Source of the DNA: Flavobacteriales bacterium
GTDB lineage: Bacteria > Bacteroidota > Bacteroidia > Flavobacteriales_F > PHOS-HE28
DNA: 34,607 nt
Assembly (NCBI GenBank): GCA_031410075.1
Contig: JANNYL010000223.1
Span: 1-34,607 of the forward strand
Reading direction: 5' to 3'
The notes under the pieces are model-generated. The model was not told the origin of the DNA. It made no database searches and saw nothing but the letters and a program-made list of their open reading frames with translations. The position numbers and the translations under genes are program-made. Below, piece by piece: positions 1 to 9,012 of the stretch (positions within the stretch are counted from its first letter, which is position 1; every line of letters starts with the position of its first letter).

Positions 1-1226
1 AATTTGGCGAAGGCTTGTAAGCTGTCTTCCCGTGCAATGATGTCCAGCTGCTCCACGAGTTCTGTGAGCACTTCGGCACGGACCTTCACTTCCTCATAGC
101 GCTTATGCGTTTCGGCAAGCAAGGCACTCGTGCTATCGTAATACTGCTGTGCCGGCGGATATTTCTTGTCATCGAAGTAGATGTCGGCGAGCTTCAAGAA
201 ACTCTTGGCTTTCTGTCGTGTGTCTATAGTGCTTACCCGAGCACTGGTTTTCAGGTGCAATATGGCGCTCGAGTCCAAATTCTCTTTCAGATCGATGTCA
301 GCCATCGCATACTCGATCAGATCATAGTGGTCCTTGTTCTTCTCATCGCGTCTCATGCGCTTCAATTTCTTGCGCAGCACGGCACTGTTACCGCGGTCGA
401 ACGAGAGCGCTTGGAAGATCTCGGCCTGGAATCCTAACTCGTATGGGGGATGGCTACGGGCCACCTTATTGAACTGTGCGATCGCCTTTTCCTCCATCCC
501 TTTGGCCATATAAAGCTGGGCCAGAATGAACATCCATCGAACACGTTGGGTGCGGTTACTGGCGATCTCCACCGCGTGCTCCAGATCCACGATGGCATCA
601 TCGACTTTGCCACGCTTCAAATTCACATCGGCTTGAATGGCACTCAATTGGTCATGCGGAAATCTTTTGGGAAGTACCTTCTGGCCTTTCACTTCGTCCA
701 GCGCACTTTGGGCCTTGGCGTACTGCTCGTTCTGGATCGCGGTACGAGCATACCACAACTTGCTCTCCAGCTGGCGGTTCTGCCCCTTGAAGTGGCGGCT
801 TACGTAATCGAACGTGCGTTCCGCCTCGAAGTAGCTGCGCTTGTAGAAGTGGCTTTTGCCCATCACGAAATAGGCGTCGTCGATCCAGGAATTCACCTCC
901 TTGTTGCCGATCTCCATGCTGTGCCGCTCGATCACGGTACCGCATTTTTCGATGCACTTCTCCATGTCCGGCACCATGGCTTTTGCCTGATCATCTGTGC
1001 CGTACACGAAGATCGGGAGCACTTCGTCGAAGTCGTCCACGTTGGCCTTTTCCATGGCGGCAACGCTTTCCTTCAGCTTCTCATTGGCGTTGAACCAGCC
1101 ATTGTCACGTGCGGTAAGCCGGTGATAGGTTCGGCTTACGAAACTGTTCTTCTCGGTGGAGCATCCGACAAGCACGAGCACGGAAAGGCCCAAGAGGCCG
1201 GAGCGGATGTGGAAGGGACGGATCAC
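1..1226 (-). CDS. sprE: TPR-repeat lipoprotein, SprE/PorW-like T9SS/gliding-motility component (N-terminal 408 aa; 3' end runs off the window)
   Basis: Absent from the ORF track because no stop codon lies inside the window. Hand translation of the reverse strand from GTG at 1226..1224 gives an uninterrupted 408-codon frame down to position 3: (M)IRPFHIRSGLLGLSVLVLVGCSTEKNSFVSRTYHRLTARDNGWFNANEKLKESVAAMEK... It has a lipoprotein signal peptide with lipobox LVGC. The CSTxKNxFxSRxYHxxTA motif matches what I recall of Flavobacterium SprE / Porphyromonas PorW N-termini. Helical TPR-like repeats follow (YAKAQSALDEV, AIVDLEHAVEIA, AQLYMAKGMEEKAIAQFNKV, KAKSFLKLADIYFDDKKYPPAQQYYDS). Track ORFs 105..437(+) and 450..1250(+) are its antisense shadows. 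The CDS itself is near certain; the SprE/PorW name is less so. Confidence 0.7.
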   Translation of the reverse strand, partial: MIRPFHIRSGLLGLSVLVLVGCSTEKNSFVSRTYHRLTARDNGWFNANEKLKESVAAMEKANVDDFDEVLPIFVYGTDDQAKAMVPDMEKCIEKCGTVIERHSMEIGNKEVNSWIDDAYFVMGKSHFYKRSYFEAERTFDYVSRHFKGQNRQLESKLWYARTAIQNEQYAKAQSALDEVKGQKVLPKRFPHDQLSAIQADVNLKRGKVDDAIVDLEHAVEIASNRTQRVRWMFILAQLYMAKGMEEKAIAQFNKVARSHPPYELGFQAEIFQALSFDRGNSAVLRKKLKRMRRDEKNKDHYDLIEYAMADIDLKENLDSSAILHLKTSARVSTIDTRQKAKSFLKLADIYFDDKKYPPAQQYYDSTSALLAETHKRYEEVKVRAEVLTELVEQLDIIAREDSLQAFAK

Positions 1227-1402
1227 CGGAGGGAAGACGTGCGACTATAACTGAAAGGCCGCCAAGATATTTCATTGCGGGCTGTCTCCCAACGAAACGC
1301 CACAAGCTGTTGGCCACAGGCCTTAAGCTGATGCACACGATCCGAGAATACGGCGCTTCGGCATCTGGCCTATAGCACAAAGGCGCAGCTACCTTCGCCG
1401 CG

Positions 1403-2284
1403 ATGGCTGATCAGCGTCCCCGCCGCAAGCGCTCGTTCCTGGTAAAACTGAAGGACAAGTACCGGCTTTCACTGGTGAACGAATCGTCTTTCGAGGAGCG
1501 TATGAGCTTCCGCTTGAGCCGGATGAACGTTATCCTGCTCACCATTGCGTTGTTTACCCTGCATGGCGCATTGGTTACTGCGCTCATCGTCTTTACCCCG
1601 CTCAAACGACACATTCCGGGATATTCCGATCAGAAGACCAAGTTGAACGCTTACCGGGCGACGTTGATCGCCGACTCTTTGCAAGGGGCGTTGACCATTC
1701 GCGATCTCTATATCGCGAACCTGCGCAACGTGCTCAGTGGCGAATTGCCTGCTGATAGCGCCACACTGTTCAAGACTATCACAGCCCCGCCTTCCGCGGA
1801 CGACCTTAGGCCGAGCAAGGCCGATAGCCTGCTGCGCGAACAGGTGAAGCGTGATGAGGCATACTCTGTCAACGAACAAGCCGACGTGGTGAGCGAACGT
1901 AGTGGGTTGTCGGGCATTTTTTTCTTTTCACCTCTACGGGGAGTGGTCACAGAAACATTTGACAGAAAACAGGATCACTTCGGCATCGACATTGTGACCA
2001 AGGCCGACGAGGCTGTGAAAGCTTGTTTGGAAGGTACCGTAGTACTCTCCAGTTGGACCAGCGACGGGGGGTATGTGCTGCACGTTCAGCATGCAATGGA
2101 CTTGGTAAGTGTATACAAGCACAACGCTGTGCTTCTTCGCAAAGAGGGCGACCGTGTGCGGGCTGGAGAGGCTATAGCGATCGTTGGCAACAGTGGTGAA
2201 CTCACTACGGGTCCGCATTTGCATTTCGAGCTTTGGCATCGCGGCGAACCAGTGGATCCGCAGACCTACATGGTATTCAAATGA
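1403..2284 (+). CDS. M23 (LytM-type) family metallopeptidase with N-terminal membrane anchor
   Basis: 293-aa ORF with an ATG start. TM helix VILLTIALFTLHGALVTALIVF near the N-terminus. The C-terminal domain carries Peptidase_M23 signatures: HFGIDIV, VLSSWTSDGGYVLHVQH, SVYKHN, GEAIAIVGNSGELTTGPHLHFELW. Confidence 0.9.
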   Translation: MADQRPRRKRSFLVKLKDKYRLSLVNESSFEERMSFRLSRMNVILLTIALFTLHGALVTALIVFTPLKRHIPGYSDQKTKLNAYRATLIADSLQGALTIRDLYIANLRNVLSGELPADSATLFKTITAPPSADDLRPSKADSLLREQVKRDEAYSVNEQADVVSERSGLSGIFFFSPLRGVVTETFDRKQDHFGIDIVTKADEAVKACLEGTVVLSSWTSDGGYVLHVQHAMDLVSVYKHNAVLLRKEGDRVRAGEAIAIVGNSGELTTGPHLHFELWHRGEPVDPQTYMVFK

Positions 2285-2315
2285 GGATCCGTCGGTACCT
2301 GTTGGAAATACTTTC

Positions 2316-3794
2316 ATGAGCCTCAAGGCGTCCCTGAGCAAGCCGTATGCGCAGTGGGTTGCACAACGCGTAATGCGACATGCGCTAGATGCGGTCGCTC
2401 AGCAGGATAGAATACTGAAGGCGCTGTTACGTCATGGTGTGCGCACCGCCTTCGGCAACAAGCATCACCTCGGTGAGGTTGCCGATCATACATCGCTGGT
2501 GCAAGCCGTGCCATTGCGCGATTATGAGGGCTTTCGCCCATACATAGACCGGATCGTGGCCGGAGACCGGGATGTGCTCTGGCCCGGCCAGCCGATATAC
2601 CTGTGCAAGACCAGCGGTACTACCAGTGGGGCGAAGTACATCCCCATCACTCGGCATAGTTTGGCGAACCACATCAACAGTGCGCGCAACGCCCTGCTAG
2701 GCTATGTTGCACACACTGGCAACACGGCTTTCGTGGATGGCAAGATGATCTTCCTACAAGGCAGTCCGGTGCTCGATCGAAAAGGCGTGATCCCCACCGG
2801 AAGGCTTAGTGGTATCGTGGCCAACCACGTACCACGCTACCTGCTGAAGAACCGCTTGCCGAGCTTCGCAACCAATACCATCACCGATTGGGAAACGAAG
2901 GTGGAGGCTATTGTCACAGAAACGATGACCGAGGACATGCGGCTCATCAGCGGTATCCCCGCTTGGACGCAGATGTACTTCGAACGGCTGCTCGCGCGAA
3001 CCGGAAAACAAAACGTGAAGGAGGTTTTCCCCAGCCTCTCCCTCTTCGTCTATGGCGGTGTGAACTATGGACCCTATCGCGACCGTATGCGCACCCTGAT
3101 CGGCGGCGAAGTAGACAGCATCGAGCTCTTCCCTGCCAGCGAAGGATTCATCGCGTACCAGGATCGACACGATGAAGAGGGCTTGTTGTTGGTCGTCGAC
3201 AACGGCATCTACTATGAGTTCGTCCCGACCAATGAACCCGGCCCTCCCAGAAGGCTTTCGTTGGCGGATGTCCAGCTCGGCGTGAACTACGCCCTCGTCC
3301 TGCACACCAACGCCGGGCTCTGGGGCTACGAGATCGGCGATACCGTGCGTTTCGTATCGCTGTCACCGCCACGCATCGTGGTTACGGGCCGCACGAAGCA
3401 TTTCACCAGTGCGTTCGGTGAGCACGTGATCGCCGAAGAGGTTGAAGGTGCGTTGAAGGAGGCCATGAACGCCATGACCTGCGAGGTGAGCGAGTTCACG
3501 GTTGCTCCGCAGACCTCACCGCACGAAGGCTTGCCTTACCACGAATGGTTCATCGAGTTTGCTTCGCCGCCTTCCGACCTGTCGCGTTTCGCCGGCCTGT
3601 TGGATGCGGCGCTTATCAAGCGCAACGTGTACTACAAGGACCTGATCACGGGCAAAGTGCTGCGGCCCTTGGAGGTCACGCCGGTAGGTCGTGGCGGTTT
3701 CACGCGGTGGATGAAGGCGCGCGGAATGAACGATGCGCAGAGCAAGGTGCCGCGGCTGGCGAACGACCGCAAGTATGTTGAGGGGCTGAATTAA
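2316..3794 (+). CDS. GH3 auxin-responsive-promoter family protein (acyl-adenylate-forming enzyme superfamily, bacterial function unknown)
   Basis: The track ORF 2184..3794 overlaps the M23 gene, so I trimmed it to the ATG at 2316 (MSLKASLSKPYAQWV...). Typical bacterial GH3 features: FGNKHHL..VPLRDYEGFRPYIDRIVAGDRDVLWPG, the nucleotide-binding loop CKTSGTTSGAKYIPIT, and the later YGGVNYGPY and GLWGYEIGDTVRF segments. About 492 aa, the usual length for Bacteroidota GH3 proteins. Confidence 0.88.
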   Translation: MSLKASLSKPYAQWVAQRVMRHALDAVAQQDRILKALLRHGVRTAFGNKHHLGEVADHTSLVQAVPLRDYEGFRPYIDRIVAGDRDVLWPGQPIYLCKTSGTTSGAKYIPITRHSLANHINSARNALLGYVAHTGNTAFVDGKMIFLQGSPVLDRKGVIPTGRLSGIVANHVPRYLLKNRLPSFATNTITDWETKVEAIVTETMTEDMRLISGIPAWTQMYFERLLARTGKQNVKEVFPSLSLFVYGGVNYGPYRDRMRTLIGGEVDSIELFPASEGFIAYQDRHDEEGLLLVVDNGIYYEFVPTNEPGPPRRLSLADVQLGVNYALVLHTNAGLWGYEIGDTVRFVSLSPPRIVVTGRTKHFTSAFGEHVIAEEVEGALKEAMNAMTCEVSEFTVAPQTSPHEGLPYHEWFIEFASPPSDLSRFAGLLDAALIKRNVYYKDLITGKVLRPLEVTPVGRGGFTRWMKARGMNDAQSKVPRLANDRKYVEGLN

Positions 3795-3804
3795 GGAGTG
3801 TGCC

Positions 3805-5325
3805 ATGGTGGACCAAACGAAGCAGAATAGCAGTTGGATCGATGCTCGCTCCATGAGCGGCATGCTCATGTTCGTGATCGCATTCGGGGTTCTGGTGTAC
3901 GCTGTGTTGCGCGCTTCCAATGCTTCGTTCACGCATGACGAAAGTCTGAGCTACCTGAGCTACCCGCATCAGACCCTCAGCGATATCCTGGCGCACAAGG
4001 AAGCCTATACGAACAACCACCTGCTGAACACGCTTGGCATGAAGTATTCTGAGCGTTTGTTCGGCACCTCCGAACTGGTGTTGCGCCTGCCGAACTTATT
4101 GGCATTGGTGATGTACATGTTTTATACAGCGCTATTGGTACGCGCATTGCCAGCCTGGACCGGGTTGGCAATGTTCACTATCCTGATCAGTAATGCCCAA
4201 CTGCTCGAACTCTTCACGCTGGCCCGGGGATACGGACTTTCATTCGGATTCATGCTTATGGCGATCTACCATTTGGTGACCTACCTCCGCAGTGCCCGGT
4301 TCAGGGATGCGGTACTGTTCCATGCTGCGTGCATGCTAGCCGTATTAAGCAACTTCACACTGTTGGACCTGTATGCGGCCGCATTAGGGTTGCTTGCTTT
4401 GGCTGGCTGCTTCATTTGGTGGATGATGCCGGAATATCGCCCTGTTCTATGGAGGAATGTTCGGCTACAAACTGTTCTCTTGGCCTTGGCTGTTTTCGGT
4501 TTATGGGAGCCCGTTCGTCAGGTGGTCACCCAGAATCATTTTGATTTCGGAGGGCAGCAGGGATTTTATCACGACACGATGCGTTCTGTGATCTATGCTG
4601 CATTCCCTGGTCTATACGTTGATGAGATCCTTCTACTGTTCTTCCAAGTCCTGTTCACTGCACTGATGGTGCTCGCACTTGCGCTCATCGTGCGGATGGT
4701 GATCAAGAAGAACATCCATTTCTTTTACGAGCAGAAAGTGTTCGTGGTGGTCACCTGTTTGCTGGTCCTCACATGCACGGTGGCAATAGTTCAGCATTGG
4801 ATCTTTGGTGCGGATCATCTCGAGGCACGATTCGCCAAATTTCTCCTACCGCTCTTGGCCCTTCATGTCGGGCTGCTCTTGTTAGCAGTCACCCGGCAAC
4901 GTGGAAGTAAGGTGGTTACGGTCGCGTTCCTGTTATTGGCGGGCATCTCACTCAAGTCTTTCATGAACAACTCCGGCTACTATCGAAGCGAGGAATGGCA
5001 GTATGACATGGAGACCAAGGATATGATGAAGGAGCTTTTAGCTGACCATGGTCGCACGACATCCGGTTCTCCATCCATTCGAATCGGGAACACATGGGTG
5101 TTCGAGCCAACCATTAATTTTTACCGAGTGATCTGGCATGTGGATGAACTCGCGCCTGCTCATCGGAACGGCCCGGAATGGAATGAGGATTACCTCTATT
5201 TGGACGGATCCCAACGTGCTAAAGCAGACACGATGAAGTACAAGATACTCAGGGTGTTCGATCGTGCGGGAGTATGTTTGTATACTCGTCGTGTGGATGG
5301 TGAAGCAATGAATGCACCGCGCTAA
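3805..5325 (+). CDS. Polytopic membrane protein, GT-C fold glycosyltransferase-like (ArnT/PMT, GT39/GT83-like)
   Basis: 506-aa ORF starting 10 nt after the GH3 stop. About 10-11 hydrophobic helices by eye. An acidic motif FTHDESLSY sits in the first loop after TM1, where GT-C enzymes carry their DE/DxD-type motif. A soluble C-terminal tail of about 110 aa follows. The family call rests on architecture only. Confidence 0.6.
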   Translation: MVDQTKQNSSWIDARSMSGMLMFVIAFGVLVYAVLRASNASFTHDESLSYLSYPHQTLSDILAHKEAYTNNHLLNTLGMKYSERLFGTSELVLRLPNLLALVMYMFYTALLVRALPAWTGLAMFTILISNAQLLELFTLARGYGLSFGFMLMAIYHLVTYLRSARFRDAVLFHAACMLAVLSNFTLLDLYAAALGLLALAGCFIWWMMPEYRPVLWRNVRLQTVLLALAVFGLWEPVRQVVTQNHFDFGGQQGFYHDTMRSVIYAAFPGLYVDEILLLFFQVLFTALMVLALALIVRMVIKKNIHFFYEQKVFVVVTCLLVLTCTVAIVQHWIFGADHLEARFAKFLLPLLALHVGLLLLAVTRQRGSKVVTVAFLLLAGISLKSFMNNSGYYRSEEWQYDMETKDMMKELLADHGRTTSGSPSIRIGNTWVFEPTINFYRVIWHVDELAPAHRNGPEWNEDYLYLDGSQRAKADTMKYKILRVFDRAGVCLYTRRVDGEAMNAPR

Positions 5326-5404
5326 TGCAGGAGCGATAACAAGGAAAAAGACACCATGGTTGGCCTGCCACCAGCGACATTAGGAGGGATTGAGCTGATC
5401 ACCT

Positions 5405-8400
5405 TCAGCGCTCATCCTGCATTGGCGCACCGATCGCCTTCAACCGGTCCTCGAATCCGGGTAGGGCCGTGGTCACCTTGTCCAGCCGACCCTGCAGCTC
5501 CTGCGCAAGTTGTTCAGCGAGCGCCGCGCTCGCCAAGTGCGTGGCCGTAGGGCCGTAGGAGAGGGATGCGACGCCCGCGTAGGCGGTTTCCAGTCGGTCT
5601 GTCACTCCAGGAGCGCGCTTTTCCTCCCCTGCCGCATTGCGGGCTTTGCTCCCATTGAGTTCGATATCGATGGACTCCAGTTCCTTTCGCGCGGCAAGCA
5701 GGTCACGATGCAATTCCGGCGAGGGTCGCGGTGCGCGTTCATAAGCCTTGAGCATGAAAGCGATCCGGGCGGTGGATCCCTTCGTCATCAGTTGTAGCGC
5801 ATCCACGCGCGCCTGCACGGCATCGATGCGCTTGGCATAACCGGCGACCGCAGCGGGTGTAGAGCCGGCGAGGTGGCCCTTGCGCAGGGGGACCACCGTT
5901 GCGTTCACCGCATCTGAGATCGGGCTGAAGTCGCCATTGAGCTGCTTGTACAGTTGGGCGGTGTAGCGTCCTGGAGCAACCATGGGTCCGTCTGGCGCTT
6001 TGTCCACGTTGTCCTTGGTCACAGGCCGCTGGGCGGAGGCTTTCAGGTCCCACACCACGCGCTGGAATCCTTCGGCATTGGCGGCTTCTACACGCTTCAC
6101 CAAGGTCCCGGACGAGTCGCTGACGAAGAGCCACACTTTGGGTTCCAATGCGCGCGCTTCGGCTTCCATCGCTTCCCAGCCGGAGAAGGTGAGCGGCTTT
6201 CCGGCGTCCTTCAGTTCCTTCTCGGTTTTCTGTCGCTGCTTCTTCAAGTCCGGGTAACTGTCTTTCAGGAAGTACGTGAACTCCGCTCCGAAGGGAGGGT
6301 TCGGCGCCAGATACAGGTCATCGCCTTGGGTGGCCTTGCCCGCATCTCCCAGAGGTGTTGTTGGGGCATACCACAGGACCGAACGCGGAGTGAACAAGCT
6401 GGCTTCCCCCTTGAGCGTATCCGTGCTGAAGGTGCGCAAGGCACTGTAGTCGTCGAGAATGAAAATACCGCGCCCGAACGTGCCGAGCACCAGGTCATTC
6501 TCACGGCGTTGGATGGCGATGTCACGCACGGCAATAGTCGGCAGACCTCCTTTCAACGCCGCCCATTTCCGCCCTGCATCGGTGGTGACGTACACGCCGA
6601 ATTCAGTGCCCAAGAAGAACAGCGCAGGGTTGACATGGTCCTGCACTACACGCCAAAGCAGGGTGCGGTCCGGTAGATTGCCCGCCAAGCTGGTCCATGT
6701 CCGTCCCAAGTCAGTACTGCGGAAGATGTAGGGCTTGTAGTCGCCGGCCTTGTGGTTGTCGAATACCGCCAGCACGGTGTTCGGGGCGAAGAGATCTGCC
6801 TTGATATCGTTCACGAAGGCGGTGGCGGGCAAGCCGGGCAGGTTCTTCAGTTCAACGCGGCGCCAGTTCGTTCCTTCATTCTCGGTCACCTGCAATAGTC
6901 CATCATCGGTGCCCGCGTAAATGACCCCCCTCTTCACCGGAGATACGGCCAGCGAGGAGATGGTACTATAAGCGGACATGGCACTGATATCCCAAGCATT
7001 GTCCCAGCTCTGCGTAGAGCCAAAGAACGGGGTCTGTATGCGTTCGGTATGGGTGGTAAGGTCGCCGGAGATCGCTGTCCAGCTATCGCCACGGTCGGTG
7101 GACTTCCATACGCGGTAAGTACCGAAGTACAGGGTTGCCGGATCGTGCGGGCCCACCACGATCGGAGCGTCCCAATTGGAGCGTTCGGTGGGCTCTCCGG
7201 GGCCGGCCTGCGGGCGGATGAAAACGCTCTCACCCGTGGTGCGATCCAGGCGCATCAGGTTGCCCTGTTGCCATTCCGCGTAGGCGATCGCGGGGTTGCC
7301 CGGTTCAGTGGCCGGTTGGTGGCCATCGGAGCCCAACACCACCTCCCAGTCCGCGTTCCGAATGCCGTGCACATTGTCGGTGCGAGAGGGGCCTTCCTGG
7401 GTGGAGTTGTCCTGCGTACCGCCGTAAACGTTGTAGAAGGGTACTGCATCATCCACCGCGATCTTGTAGAACTGCGTTACCGGCAGATTGGCCACACGGC
7501 GCCAGGTCTGTCCACGGTCGAAGGTCTCATAGAGGCCGCCATCGGTTCCGAAGATCAGGTATTCAGGATCGTCGGCACGGAAGGCGATAGCGTGGTCGTC
7601 CACGTGCCGCGTATCCACTTTCAAGGTCCTGAAATTCTTGCCGCCATCATCGGAGGTGAGCGTGTAGTTGCTCACCAGGTACAGCCGTTCGAACTGGTGA
7701 GGACAGGCGTAGAGCTCCTGATAGTAGTGCGGGCCGGTACCCCCTGCCACCGCGTCGGACATCTTGGTCCAGCTGGCGCCCCGGTCCGAGCTGCGGTACA
7801 CGGCGCCGCTGCGGCGGTCGAGTTCAATGGCCGCGTAGAGCACATCGGGTTGTTGTGGAGAGATGGCCAATCCGATCTTGCCCAGATTTCCGCTAGGCAG
7901 GCCCTGCGTCAGTTTCTCCCACGTGTCACCGCCGTCAGTGGAGCGATGGATGGCTGATCCCGGCCCTCCGCCCATGTAGCCCGACACGGTGCGATGGCGC
8001 TGCCAGGTGGCGGCATACAGGAGTTTCGGGTCGCGCGGATCAATGATCAAGGAAGTGGCTCCCACCCAAGCGTCATCACCCAACGTACGCTTCCAAGTCT
8101 TTCCGCCGTCGATGGTCTTGTATACGCCGCGTTCACCACCCTTGCTCCACAACGGTCCTTGTGAGGCGACCCACACCGTGTTCGGATCCTTCGGATGCAC
8201 GATGATCTTCGACAGGTGCTCGGACATTTTCAGCCCCATGTTCTTCCAGGATTTGCCTCCATCCTCGCTTCGGTAGATGCCGTCGCCATAACCTACATGT
8301 CGTCCGCCAACATTCTCTCCGCTTCCAACCCAGATCACCTGTGGGTTCTGAGGGTCGAGGGTGATGCAGCCGATAGAGAAACTCGCTTCCCCATCGAAGA

Positions 8401-8668
8401 GCGGCGTCCAGGTGGTGCCGGCATTTTCTGTCTTCCACACACCGCCAGAGCCCACGGCCACATACCATGTGCTGGGTTTCTGCGGATGGATCACGATATC
8501 GCTGATACGCCCTGACATGAATGCTGGCCCGATGCCACGGAATTTAAGGCCTTTGAAGGGGTCGGTCTTAGCAGTATCCGGGGTGACCTTGGCGGTCTTG
8601 ACTTGTGAAAAAAGTGCCGCTGGAAAGACGGACAACACAGCGACCAGGAGTAGATGTTTCAACCGCAT
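5405..8668 (-). CDS. Secreted BNR/Asp-box repeat beta-propeller protein (sortilin/VPS10-like; usually annotated as glycosyl hydrolase)
   Basis: The track ORF 5405..8758 has a GTG start. I trimmed it to the ATG at 8668, which exposes the signal peptide MRLKHLLLVAVLSVFPAALFSQ. There are ten Asp-box-like SxDxGxTW motifs: SEDGGKSW, TIDGGKTW, STDGGDTW, SSDRGASW, SDDGGKNF, TFDRGQTW, STDRGDSW, TENEGTNW, STDLGRTW, TTDAGRKW. A helical C-terminal tail follows. Confidence 0.88.
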   Translation of the reverse strand: MRLKHLLLVAVLSVFPAALFSQVKTAKVTPDTAKTDPFKGLKFRGIGPAFMSGRISDIVIHPQKPSTWYVAVGSGGVWKTENAGTTWTPLFDGEASFSIGCITLDPQNPQVIWVGSGENVGGRHVGYGDGIYRSEDGGKSWKNMGLKMSEHLSKIIVHPKDPNTVWVASQGPLWSKGGERGVYKTIDGGKTWKRTLGDDAWVGATSLIIDPRDPKLLYAATWQRHRTVSGYMGGGPGSAIHRSTDGGDTWEKLTQGLPSGNLGKIGLAISPQQPDVLYAAIELDRRSGAVYRSSDRGASWTKMSDAVAGGTGPHYYQELYACPHQFERLYLVSNYTLTSDDGGKNFRTLKVDTRHVDDHAIAFRADDPEYLIFGTDGGLYETFDRGQTWRRVANLPVTQFYKIAVDDAVPFYNVYGGTQDNSTQEGPSRTDNVHGIRNADWEVVLGSDGHQPATEPGNPAIAYAEWQQGNLMRLDRTTGESVFIRPQAGPGEPTERSNWDAPIVVGPHDPATLYFGTYRVWKSTDRGDSWTAISGDLTTHTERIQTPFFGSTQSWDNAWDISAMSAYSTISSLAVSPVKRGVIYAGTDDGLLQVTENEGTNWRRVELKNLPGLPATAFVNDIKADLFAPNTVLAVFDNHKAGDYKPYIFRSTDLGRTWTSLAGNLPDRTLLWRVVQDHVNPALFFLGTEFGVYVTTDAGRKWAALKGGLPTIAVRDIAIQRRENDLVLGTFGRGIFILDDYSALRTFSTDTLKGEASLFTPRSVLWYAPTTPLGDAGKATQGDDLYLAPNPPFGAEFTYFLKDSYPDLKKQRQKTEKELKDAGKPLTFSGWEAMEAEARALEPKVWLFVSDSSGTLVKRVEAANAEGFQRVVWDLKASAQRPVTKDNVDKAPDGPMVAPGRYTAQLYKQLNGDFSPISDAVNATVVPLRKGHLAGSTPAAVAGYAKRIDAVQARVDALQLMTKGSTARIAFMLKAYERAPRPSPELHRDLLAARKELESIDIELNGSKARNAAGEEKRAPGVTDRLETAYAGVASLSYGPTATHLASAALAEQLAQELQGRLDKVTTALPGFEDRLKAIGAPMQDER

Positions 8669-8994
8669 AGAAAAATGAACGAATGAGTTCGTTGTCGGGC
8701 AAGATAGGCGGAGGATAGACAGAAAGAGACAGTGAACACCAAGCTTTGCTGGTGTCACGGCATCACCTCGGCATCATCACTTCTCAACGAGAAGAACTGC
8801 CCTTTTGTGAGCACGGCAAAAACGCAGCGTTCAGCCCTCGGACCATATCACTGGCAAAGTGCGGCGCCAACTCATGACAGCGCGGATTCCACAAGGTGGC
8901 AATACGCACAAGGGAAATCAAACATCATGAACTATGCGCAGGGCAGGTTGACGCGCTTGGCGAATTGTTGGAAGCCGGTCGCAGGTTTTAAAAG

Positions 8995-9011
8995 CGGGAT
9001 AGCAACTCCCG
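8995..9011 (-). terminator. Weak putative intrinsic terminator after the T9SS type-B gene
   Basis: Read on the reverse strand immediately after the stop codon (9015..9013): CGGGA-GTTGCTA-TCCCG (5-bp stem, 7-nt loop), followed by CTTTTAAAA. The stem is short, so this is tentative. Confidence 0.3.
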
Positions 9012-9012
9012 T

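Noticed and set aside
105-1250. Forward-strand track ORFs 105..437 (110 aa) and 450..1250 (266 aa)
   Set aside because: Their compositions are Leu/Val/His/Gly-rich with no motifs. The opposite strand carries an uninterrupted 408-codon frame with a lipoprotein signal and TPR repeats. These are antisense shadow ORFs of the edge-truncated SprE/PorW-like gene.
2184-2315. N-terminal extensions of track ORFs (2184 for GH3; also 8758 for BNR, 11142 for the T9SS protein, 15179 for the Cys-rich protein, 15155 for dxr, 19450 for A2M, 25563 for DUF1684, 30287 for HD, 11133 for tsaC)
   Set aside because: The extensions overlap upstream genes, use GTG or TTG, or lack a signal peptide. In each case an internal ATG exposes a canonical signal peptide, lipobox or conserved family N-terminus.
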